64,000 nt of DNA from NCBI GenBank assembly GCA_951406725.2, contig OX597832.1, positions 48,980,001 to 49,044,000 on the forward strand, written 5' to 3'. Positions 53,685 through 64,000 of this stretch are shown here, piece after piece; position 1 is the first letter of the stretch; each line of letters opens with the position of its first letter. Both the position numbers and the translations under genes were made by a program. Source of the stretch: Octopus vulgaris. Taxonomy: Eukaryota. Under the pieces are notes generated by a model. The model was not told the origin of the DNA. It ran no database searches and saw only the letters and a list, made by a program, of their open reading frames with translations.

Positions 53685-53880
53685 TGTGTACGTTAATTTC
53701 TTAGTGTACACCTGTGCGGCATTATAATCTTCTGTAACGTTTTTAATATGTGTATCTGTGTGTGTGTTTGTGTGTGCTTGCGTATATGTGCATGTGTGTG
53801 TTTTTTAGTCTGCGAGTGTGTGTATATGTGTGTGTGATTGTGCGTACGTTAATTTCTTTGTGTGCACCTGTGCGGCATTA
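52996..53880. repeat. Composite tandem repeat: ~65-bp conserved core separated by variable (TG)-rich spacers, six units
   Basis: Core GTGCGTACGTTAATTTCTTAGTGTACACCTGTGCGGCATTATAATCTTTTGTAGCGGTGTGAATG at ~52996, 53139, 53366, 53528, 53682 and 53838 (last one partial). Confidence 0.92.
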
Positions 53881-54194
53881 CACTTGTTTTCTATCGGAGT
53901 GAAACAGTATGTGTGTCTATGTTTACAATATTTGTGTATATGAGTATGCGTATATATAAGTGCGTAGAATTAAATACATGCACGAGTTAATTTTGCATCT
54001 GTGTATATAATGTTTCAGTTTGTTTGAAAATGGACTCTTTTCTTGTTTTGGAACGTGCGACATTTTATTTTCTTAATTTTTATAATGGATATAATAATGT
54101 TTACATTGTGCATTTGCGTATGCATATGTCTGCCTGCGTGCAAGAGGCTGCAATGTGTTTAGGTGTGTGTATAAATATATATATATATATATGT

Positions 54195-54232
<38 letters not shown>

Positions 54233-54344
54233 AAGTGGAATGCGTGTGTGTAAGTCTCTGCGTGTCCGTATTTTAGTTGTGTTAATGGTAATCTGTAAAG
54301 TTAGCATATTGCAACGAGATTACAGCGTCGTTTGTGTTTCTATG

Positions 54345-54378
<34 letters not shown>

Positions 54379-54384
54379 TGTATG

Positions 54385-54418
<34 letters not shown>

Positions 54419-54470
54419 TGTATGTATGTATGCATGTATGTATGTATGTATGCAAGTATGTATGTATGTG

Positions 54471-54502
<32 letters not shown>

Positions 54503-54780
54503 TGTATGTATGTATGTATGTATGTATGTATGCATGCATGTATGTATGTATGTATGTATGCATGCATGTATATATGTATATGTATGTATGTAAGTAAGTA
54601 TGTATGTATGTATGTTTGTGTCTGCGAAGGGTTTACGTTTGGCTTTGGTGAGTTTACCAATGTTTATTTTGGAATGAGTTTGTTTTAGTTTGGAATGGTT
54701 TGTGCCTTTATTTTGTTCTTTAGAATGAATGTAATTCATACATATATGTATATATATATATATATGTGAGTGTGTGTGTG

Positions 54781-54817
<37 letters not shown>

Positions 54818-54938
54818 ATATATATATACATAAAGATGTACGTATATACATTTATGCATACATACATGCATTCATACGTACGTGCGTACGTATGTGTGCA
54901 TGTATGTACGTATGTATGTTTGTATGTGTGTGTGTAAT

Positions 54939-55022
<84 letters not shown>

Positions 55023-55148
55023 TGAATGTGCCTGTATATATAAAAGTGAGAGATAAATAAAATTATAAGTATATATGTGTGTATGTATAAAACATATATA
55101 TAAAATATATATATACAGAGAGAGAGAGAACAAGAGAGCGAGAGGGAG

Positions 55149-55234
<86 letters not shown>

Positions 55235-55766
55235 ATAGATAGACAACACAGACATAAAATTATATAAATGGTGCTAGTTTTTAGATGAATGGATTTTCAG
55301 TGCTTAATGTCTGAGCACGAAAAACAAAAAAGAAACAAAAAAAAGAGAGAGAGGAAAACGAAAAAAACCAAATATTTTGAAATGCAACTGAGGACTTTTG
55401 TTGGTTCTTTTCCTTGCTTGCCTAGTCGTATATCCATTTTCCAAAACCATTGATACCGTCACGCAATATGGTTAACAGAATTCCGTTAAAGAGTTCAGCC
55501 ATTTTTAGTATTTTTTTGTTCGTTTTTCTTCTATGTAACCCAGAAAAGAGCAAGCATTTGAAAATCTGCAGACTGCAGACCAGAGCTCGATTAATCGACA
55601 GTTACATCTCTTGCGCAAGTAAAAAAAAAAGCATGAACAGCAAAATGTATATTCATTAGCATATTGCTGAGTTCCCCACAGTTCAATTGACAAAGAAGCC
55701 AGTGTTGCATTTCACAGGCAAAACTCATGTTGATTAATTCAAGTGCACGTTTTTACACTAATATAT

Positions 55767-55824
<58 letters not shown>

Positions 55825-55826
<2 letters not shown>

Positions 55827-56020
55827 GGAAAGGTTGCGAAAATAAACAAAAGACGAAGGCAGGTGGAGTACAAACAAACAAATGTATTAGTATAGCGCGC
55901 TCAGGAATAGAAAAAGTCTTTTACGTTTCGAGCCTACGCTCTTCGACAGAAAGATACACAGAAAAAAACAAGGAGAGATAAAAAAGGAGAGAAAAAAATG
56001 CGTGTAGGAGCTAAAGATCT
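55825..56020 (-). mobile_element. Penelope pLTR-like fragment with minimal hammerhead-like motif
   Basis: 55954-55917 reads TCTTT-CTGTCGA-A-GAGC-GTAG-GCTC-GAAAC-GTA-AAAGA. Embedded between (TA)n tracts. Confidence 0.65.
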
Positions 56021-56069
<49 letters not shown>

Positions 56070-56289
56070 CAATAAGAAACTGGAGGGGATCAATAGGTGG
56101 TTCATCAGCCTTTAGACATTATATTATGTTAACTTATTTATTTATTTACTAAAATGACAATTACAAGAATATACATACATGTAAAACATATCATGCTTTA
56201 CATATGAAATATAAAATCTATTAATATATAATGATACCAGTAATTATTACAATATAGCATACATGAATATAAATTGGGAAAATAACATA

Positions 56290-56410
56290 CACCTGTTTCA
56301 GCCAAGAGGTAAAAATAACTCATTCTACCTTTATTACTCCAGTAGACTGAAGTAATAAGTAAAAAATGACATTGAGGTACTTGGGTGTTTCTCTAGGCTT
56401 CGTCAGAGAT
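56290..56410 (-). ncRNA. Degenerate hammerhead-like motif with extended stem II
   Basis: CTGACGA-AGCCTAGAG..CTCTTGGCT-GAAAC, with internal hairpin TTATTACTTCAG-TCTA-CTGGAGTAATAA. Confidence 0.5.
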
Positions 56411-56488
56411 TTTATAAAGTACATAAGGTTAAGTTATAAATAAATATAAATATAGAATAAATAAAAATACACGCATTTAAATACTTAT

Positions 56489-56556
<68 letters not shown>

Positions 56557-57245
56557 TGAAGTATATTTGCCACCCAAATCTAGCTGACCCATAAAGTTGA
56601 TGCTACTGTAGGTTGTAGCCACAGGAATACATCTCCTCCAGCTACGTGGTAAGAAGATTGCTTCCAAAGTACATGCTTTCGAATTCAGTCCCTTTGCATG
56701 GCACCTTGGATAAGTTTCTTCTATCATAGTCTCGGAACGTCCAAAGTCTTGTGTGTGGATTTCCTAAATGGAAACTGAAAGAATCCCGCCATACATATGC
56801 GTGACGTGTGTATTGTGTGTGTGTGTGTGTGGCTAATCACATGTGCTTATGCACTCGGATGGTTGCGTGTAAGCTTGACATGCAACTATTCATTTAGGCG
56901 TGTAGTTAAAACAAACATGAGCTGCCTTCTTTTTTATTCAACGTTAGTTTTATGTTTTGTCATGTCACGAATCATTTCCACAAAACTGAACAACACTGCT
57001 TAATTATTGTGTAACTTATGCAGGGTGTCGACCTCTGTATCGTTCGCAATTCTGGGTATTAAATTACTTTTTACAAAATCTTTCTCCTTTAAAATACTCA
57101 AGCGAACGTTGAACTGTCTGCATGCTATAAAAACAGTATAGTAATTAATAATGTCTGTTATTAGAGTTGTCCCTTTTGTTGCTATGTTAAAGAGTCAATC
57201 CTGAGCATAGACTTGTGATTAAAGTTATTCTACACTCAGACATCG

Positions 57246-57536
57246 TGGAGGCGCAATGGCCCAGTGTCTAGGGCAGCGGACTCGCAGTCGGAGGATCGCG
57301 GTTTCGATTCCCAGGATCGCGGTTTCGATTGCGTGTGTTTATTGAGCGAAAACACCTAAAGTTCCACGAGGCTCCGGCAGCGGGTGGATGGCGACCCCTG
57401 TTGTACTCTTTCGCCCCAACTTCCTCTCACTCCTTCTTCCTGTTACTTGAGTCCAGCTGGGAGGAACACATTCGCCACAGAAACCGGGAAACCGGGCCCA
57501 TGAGCCTGGCTAGGCTTGAAAAGGGCACATAAATAA
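57246..57536 (+). mobile_element. SINE body C plus tail 3 with 14-bp TSD
   Basis: TSD ACACTCAGACATCG at 57232-57245 and 57537-57550. The B-box segment GGATCGCGGTTTCGATT is duplicated. Confidence 0.9.
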
Positions 57537-57659
57537 ACACTCAGACATCGAGGCTTCTTGCGTGTTTATAGAACTGTCTTATCTGTTGTATGTTTTGTTT
57601 TTCTTACGTGAAACAGATCTGTATCACGATTTATTTTTCTTTGTTATACTCCACATATT

Positions 57660-58000
57660 CCGCTTTCCACCAAGTGCTTTCTAGTTCGGTCCCATTACAC
57701 GGCACCTTGTGCAGCAAGTATCTTCTACAATAGCATATAGCTGACCAATGCCTTACGAGTGTATGTGACTTTGTGTCTGTGTTTATCCCCCCGCTTCCTG
57801 CTGACAACCAGTGTTCGTTTGTTTATGTCTACATGAATTAAAGGCTCGGCGAAGCGAGAACAATTAGGATTAGGGTACAATAGAGTAAGTACTAGACTTT
57901 AAAAATAAAATAAGTACTGGTGTAGACTTGTTCCACTAAAACCCTCAAGGCGGTGTTCCAAAATGGCTGCAGTCCAATGATCGAAAAAAGTAAATGGTAT
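57660..58000 (+). mobile_element. Diverged SINE family B
   Basis: GGCACCTTG..TCTTCTACAATAGC..GGCGGTGTTCCAAAATGGCTGCAGTC. Confidence 0.7.
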
Positions 58001-58673
58001 AATGCTGTTCTTTAACCCTAGGTAGATATTGATTGAGATGAACTTATGATCAAATGGCCACGTCGTATTCTTAGTAATACCAACATTATCTAATGCGCCT
58101 TCCTGTATTTTGAACTGGAAGATGTGACGATTCGATTTGTCTTTCTACCAACTCGATCGACCGCCCAGAGACTTATTGCTTCATATTAAGTTATGTTTCT
58201 TCCTTGTATAAACAGACAGGATGTTCCCAGTTGAAACAACTTTAAATGTAAGTCCCACTGTTCCACACTAAAATGAAAAAGAAACAGACGCGAAACAAAT
58301 GAAAAAAAAAAATAAATAAATTTCTCAAGTTGGTTTACATGCTGAGAGTAAACACCAGTCTGATGTTTAAATTCATTGCACACGTTGTATTCCATACACC
58401 AGCCTTTTAACAAATATTTCCTTAAATAAATCTCAAAAGGCTAATAGTTTTGGCAAAGTAGGTCCCAGGTGTTGCTAGAAATCCAACTATTTATACATTT
58501 TTGCTGCCCCGTGGGAGTAGACTCCTCAGGCACGTCCTTATATATCACCAATAAAATACCTCCTATAAGAAATATCCGTCAGTAGACTACCGTTCGTCAA
58601 GGAAGAACTCGTATTTGACCTCCCTGTTTGGTGCCAAACACTTGCAACGGCCACAGCGACCCTTCTTTTAACC

Positions 58674-58918
58674 CAGTGATTCTCAACCTTTTTTTGGATA
58701 TGAACCCCTTTGATTCTTATCTTACACAGGTGGGGACGGAATTCATACTCATTCGATGTCTAAAAACTCCTCTTATATTTTTATAAGGAATTGTATTTAA
58801 AAATGTTTAAATATTTTGTGTATTGAAGAAATATAATCAGTTTATAGCACATAAATTTTTTAACAGCAAAATCTTATATGGACCCACGAAGGCTTTATGG
58901 ACCCCGTTTGAGAAAGCG
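58674..58918. mobile_element. Charlie-type hAT MITE (degraded)
   Basis: CAGTGATTCTCAACC ... GGACCCCGTTTGAGAAAGCG. Confidence 0.55.
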
Positions 58919-59270
58919 TCTTCTATAAAAGCTCCGGGTCGACCAAATGCCTTGTGAGAGGATTTGGGAGACATAACTGTATGGAAACCCATCGTGTGTG
59001 TGTGTGTGTGCGTGTGTGCCTGCGCATTTGCGTTTGTCTTTCTCAATCACACCGCTTGAAAACCGGTGCTAATATTCCTGCGTACCCGTAACTTAGCGAT
59101 TCGGCAAAGAGGGAACAACAGAATCAGAATCGGTCTTTAAACCCCCCTCCCCCCCCCAAAAAAAAATTAAATAAGAAGTAAACAAAAACAAGTACTGGAG
59201 ACGATTCGTTCGACTAAAACCTACAAGTCGATGCCCCAGCATGACCGCAGTCTAATGACTAGAGCAAGTC
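58919..59270 (+). mobile_element. Diverged SINE family B lacking head
   Basis: Body, (TG)n and tail match family B. Confidence 0.7.
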
Positions 59271-59924
59271 TTAAACGATTACAGAGATAATAAGATCAAA
59301 GATACATTTGATCCGCTGAAATCAAGATTGAGCGGAGGAAGGAAGGATGTGACAATAAGGAAAAACAAACAAAAACGAGAACACAACACGACATAAAACT
59401 GCTCAGATTTTTTATCTATTTATTCATCCATATTTATTTCAAACTAAATTTACGTAACCTTATCTTCTTGAAACACATAATAGTCTTGTCTGTGTGACAT
59501 GGTAATGGGTGGCTGATTTCTATGCCCTTCCTTCCTTCCTTCCTCTCTTTTCTTCTAATAACCAAAATATTTTTACCATACACCATACGCAGTGGGTTTC
59601 TTGTTGACGCAGCTGCTGGGATTCGTTGTAGATTCTGTATTGTGTTCTTATTACACTATTATTTATATAAACTTTCAATATATAAAATTTCTCGAATACT
59701 CAGCTGCGAAATGCATGACTGTTGAGGTTGGTAAAGCTGTTAAGACGATTTGTTTCAATTAAAATTAGAGCGTCGGCTTCGACTCCGTTCAATGCTATAT
59801 CGCTATGGCTAGGCCATGTTTAAAACAGGACAATCGCATAATCAGCACATTACGATATATGGGGAGGGTGTACAAGTGTGTATGTGTGTGTGTGGTGTGT
59901 ACATAAATATATACACATATATAC

Positions 59925-59965
<41 letters not shown>

Positions 59966-60005
59966 TATTTATATATGTATATATATATATATATGCATAT
60001 ATACG

Positions 60006-60066
<61 letters not shown>

Positions 60067-60233
60067 ATATGCACACATACACGCACATTATATATATAGC
60101 GAATGTAGTGGTGGTGGTGGTGGTAGTGGCTATGGTGTTTCTTGACGCTAGTGGGGGTAGGTAAAGGCGTGTGTGTGTAGGAGTGTGTATGTGTGTGTGT
60201 GTGGTGTGTACATAAATATATACACATATATAC

Positions 60234-60273
<40 letters not shown>

Positions 60274-60611
60274 GTTTATGTATTACTATATATGAATGTT
60301 TACATATGTATATACGTATATATATACATATATATATATATGCACACATATATAGTGTAGTGGTGGTGGTGTCAATGGTGATTTTTGACGCTAGTGGGGT
60401 AGGTAAAGGTCATGCAAATGGTGGCGGTAGTAGTAGTGATGTTGGTGATGGCAGCGGTGTTGTTGGTGATGGTGGATATAATGAATGGTTAGGCTGAAAC
60501 AGGATGGCGTCAGTATAATGGTGGGAATGGTGGCGTCGTTTAGATCCAGGTTCAAATCTTACCACACTCTAGAACATGGGTGATTTTTCTTTTTACATAT
60601 CTATCATATGC

Positions 60612-61170
60612 GCCGGCGTGGCTGTGTGGTAAAAAAGCTTTCTTTCCAACCTCATGGTTCCGGGTTCAACCCACTGCTTGGCACATTGGGTAAGTGTATT
60701 TTACCATAGCCTCGGGCAGACCAAAGACTTGTATGTGGATTTGGTAGACGGAAACTGAAAGAAGCCTATGATACATACATGTCTTTCCAACCTCATGATT
60801 CCGGGTTCAACCCACTGCTTGGCACATTGGGTAAGTGTCTTTTACCATAGTCTCGGGCCGACCTATGACTTGTATGTGGATTTGGTAGACGGAAACTGAA
60901 AGAAGCCCATGATACATACATATGTGTGTGTGTTTGTATGTGTGCATGTGTGTGTGTGTTAGTGTGTGTGATTACTACTTGACAACCGATGTCGGTGTGT
61001 TTACGTCCCTGCACCCTAGTGGTTCGGTAAAAGATGTCGATAGAATAAGACTCAAGCGTTAAAAAATAACATTATTACTGATGTCGATTCGTTTGAGCAA
61101 AGATTCTTCGAAGCGGTGCCCCAGCTTGGCCGCAGTCTAATTATTGAAACAAGTGAAAGCTAAAAGATAT
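60612..61170 (+). mobile_element. SINE family B with tandem duplication of a ~144-bp head/body segment
   Basis: TCTTTCCAACCTCATG..GAAAGAAGCC(T/C)ATGATACATACAT occurs at ~60641 and ~60782. Confidence 0.85.
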
Positions 61171-61464
61171 TAATTCTGTCGATTAAATTTCTTTTACATT
61201 TTACAGTAATGAATTTCTGATTCGACCCTGATATATTAGAGAATTCGAAATAATAGTGACTATGTCTGCTACCTTCCGTTCCTGTGGTTCCAACGTTTTG
61301 TAGGTCAGCGATATGGATATATTCAAGACTTTTCAGTCAAGCGTTTGTTGTTCTAGTGAAATGATATTAAATTTAATATCTGGGAACGTCGCAAGAAAAG
61401 AAAATTCTTTAAGCACATATTCTCGCATCTGCCTATCTATATCAATATCAATATAAACACACAC

Positions 61465-61508
<44 letters not shown>

Positions 61509-61588
61509 ACACACGCATACACACTCAGATACACATATATGCACATACACACACACACACTCCCACACAGAAGCATACAGACATACAC

Positions 61589-61708
<120 letters not shown>

Positions 61709-61820
61709 GTAGATATAGACACACATACATAAATAATTATATGTGGACAACACATACACACTCAGACACACATACACACATATACACTCACACACACAAG
61801 CATGCACACATACACATAGA

Positions 61821-61956
<136 letters not shown>

Positions 61957-62300
61957 CAGACAGATATACACACACATGCATAAATAATTATATGTGGGCA
62001 ACACTACACCACATTTGTAAATCGAGAGAGAAAGCACGACCCCTTGTATCTCAAAGGGCTTGTCAGATAAGAGACTGTTGTTTAGGCAACTGATCGAATT
62101 GGTTCGACCCCTATTTTATAGAGAACAAACTCTCTCCCCAACATCATTCATACTTTTGTTTCGATCTTAATTACAAATACGTTTAATGCGGCGAGCTGAC
62201 AGGATCTTTAGCATGCAGTGTAAAATGCTTAGCAGCATTTCATCCGTCTTTATTGCCCACTAGGGGCTAAACATAGAGGGAACAAACAAGGACAGACAAA

Positions 62301-62606
62301 GGGGTGGAGGGAAGGGTATCTTTTTTTCTTCACAAATGTAAATAAACCCAGTCTGTTTCTTAAACGAGGGACATATTCATACGGCACAGAATGTTTTTTT
62401 TACCTCAATAGACGCCAGTGATTGGTTGAAATTGCAGAAATTGAAGAAAAAAAAACAACAAATATCTTACAAATTATAGAATTTTATCAATAAAGCCGAG
62501 AGAAAAAGATGTTTTATAAACATATTCTACCAGAATACGAAGTTTAAAAGTGTTTAGTTACGTGTAAATTATTTTTAAAAAACTGCCGGTCAAACCGAAA
62601 AGATCC
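62301..62606. mobile_element. Merlin-like MITE copy 3, left end missing, fused to SINE A fragments
   Basis: Matches 15985-16288 and ends AACTGCCGGTCAAACCGAAAAGATCC. Confidence 0.85.
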
Positions 62607-63399
62607 TGAGTTAGAGTATGCCTTTTGCATCTTTTCATTACTTAAGGAGCATTTTTAAATGGCGGACGCACACCTAGTTCTCATCTGGCGTTTAACTCCT
62701 TTATATTGTTCTTTAAGATATTGGATTTTTACCATAAACTTACCGAGACATATTGGGTTGTCAGAGAAATTGATTCGTTTCCAATGTTATTAGAATTAAC
62801 AAGAAAAACATTTTTATCATAGCGCTTGTTTTGTGAGCATTTTTCCTTTTCTTTTATTTAATTATTTATCTATTTATTTATTTATGTTTGTAATTCTATT
62901 CGTCCTCTACGTCTTTTGTTCATCGTTTTTGAAATTTGAATAAATTTTTGCCTCTTTTCAGAAACACGACGATGGCGTGCCAAGTAGATAAAAGCAACAA
63001 TTACCTGACAACATATTTCCTTATTTTTTATTTATTGATTTTTATCTTTTTTATTCATTTATTTATCTTTTTATTATTTCAGTGTTGGTCATTAAAACTG
63101 GGTTTTAAAGAATTTTATACCATGAACTTTTCACATTTAAACGCTGACAGATACACTCAAGTGAAATGCTTCAAGAAATGACTCGAAGAAAATTGCAAGA
63201 AGTGGATGGTAGTTTTAATCTCTCTCTCAATTTACTACCACCATATGGCCATTAGGCTCCATTTGTTGAATACCCTATACTGCAAGGTTTCGGGACTAGA
63301 GTTTGCTCTCAGGTTAACTCCCACTATTCCTCCCACTAATCAGAAATCCTTAAAAGAGTCCTAGGCTTTGTTCTTCTCTCACTGACTAAGTGATGCAAA

Positions 63400-63649
63400 A
63401 TAAATAAATGCGCCCTTTTTCAAAGCCTAGCCAGGCCATGGGCCCGATTTCTATAACGTATGTGTTCCCCAGCTGGACGGGACGCCAGTCCATCGCAGCG
63501 TTACTCATTTTTGCCAGCTGAGTGGACTGGAGCAACGTGAAATGAAGTGCTTTGCTCAAGAACACAACGCGTCGCCTGGTCCAGGAATCGAAACCACAAT
63601 CTTACGATCATGGTGCTGACTGCCTAACCACTAAGCCACGCGCCTCCAC
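63400..63649 (-). mobile_element. Full-length SINE body D plus tail 3 with TSD
   Basis: Head GGAGGCGCGTGGCTTAGTGGTTAGG..GTTTCGATTCC. TSD GACTAAGTGATG(C/T)AAA at 63384-63399 and 63650-63665. Confidence 0.9.
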
Positions 63650-64000
63650 GACTAAGTGATGTAAAGAACGATATATCAGCTATGGCCATCTCCTTTTTAT
63701 TTTCAGGTTTAATGTATCTTTGATGCATTAGTATCTAGAACTACATTAGCCTGGGAGTACATTTTAATACGCTAGGTATGATTTGCGAGTGATTTGGCTA
63801 TTCTTTCTAGCGCAAGATTCATCATTTGCTCTCTACTGCTACAACATTTATCTCAAGAATATTCACAAGTATTCACCAACTTGCTATGAAGGGTATCGGC
63901 AAGGACCAGAGAAAAATTAAAACGAAAGTTGAAGTTCTTAAGTTCCAAGTTGGCACTGATTGAGAAGATCAAAGGTCAAAAGCATTCCAACTTTGTCCTT

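Noticed and set aside
52996-53880. CRISPR-like repeat-spacer appearance
   Set aside because: The spacers are related TG microsatellites of variable length, the core is too long, there are no cas genes, and the context is eukaryotic.
58216-58247. Plus-strand micro-exon (RMFPVETTLN, gtaagt donor)
   Set aside because: It is isolated, has no partner exon, and is compatible with chance.
62751-63300. Very old mariner remnant (TATTGGGTTGTC start; KLQE..PPY-like)
   Set aside because: Too degraded to delimit, and no second TIR was found.

Overview
This is AT-rich eukaryotic DNA dense in microsatellites, with no intact protein-coding gene. The repeat landscape of (TA)n/(TG)n/(GATA)n/(CATA)n/(AAT)n arrays and tRNA-headed SINEs points to an octopus or coleoid cephalopod genome (inference). 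Nearly all ORFs in the supplied track are simple-repeat artefacts. The clearest gene is a full-length variant U2 snRNA (51487-51677, minus) with a candidate PSE. The rest is transposon debris: several SINE families; CR1-like, RTE-like and R4/Dong LINE remnants; Penelope-like RT and GIY-YIG remnants; a Gypsy relic; and Tc1, mariner, maT-like, Tigger, hAT, piggyBac-like and Merlin-like DNA elements or MITEs. The most interesting observations are five. (1) A tRNA-headed element carries a minimal hammerhead-ribozyme core, and other hammerhead-like cores are scattered through the window. (2) SINE bodies and 3' tails occur in mix-and-match combinations, and one SINE-LINE tail pair is visible. (3) Two templated insertions are copied from sequence 1-3 kb away. 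(4) A tandem duplication has its breakpoint exactly at a MITE end. (5) A LINE C-terminus carries three C2H2 fingers. Family assignments come from reading motifs by eye and were not checked against databases.
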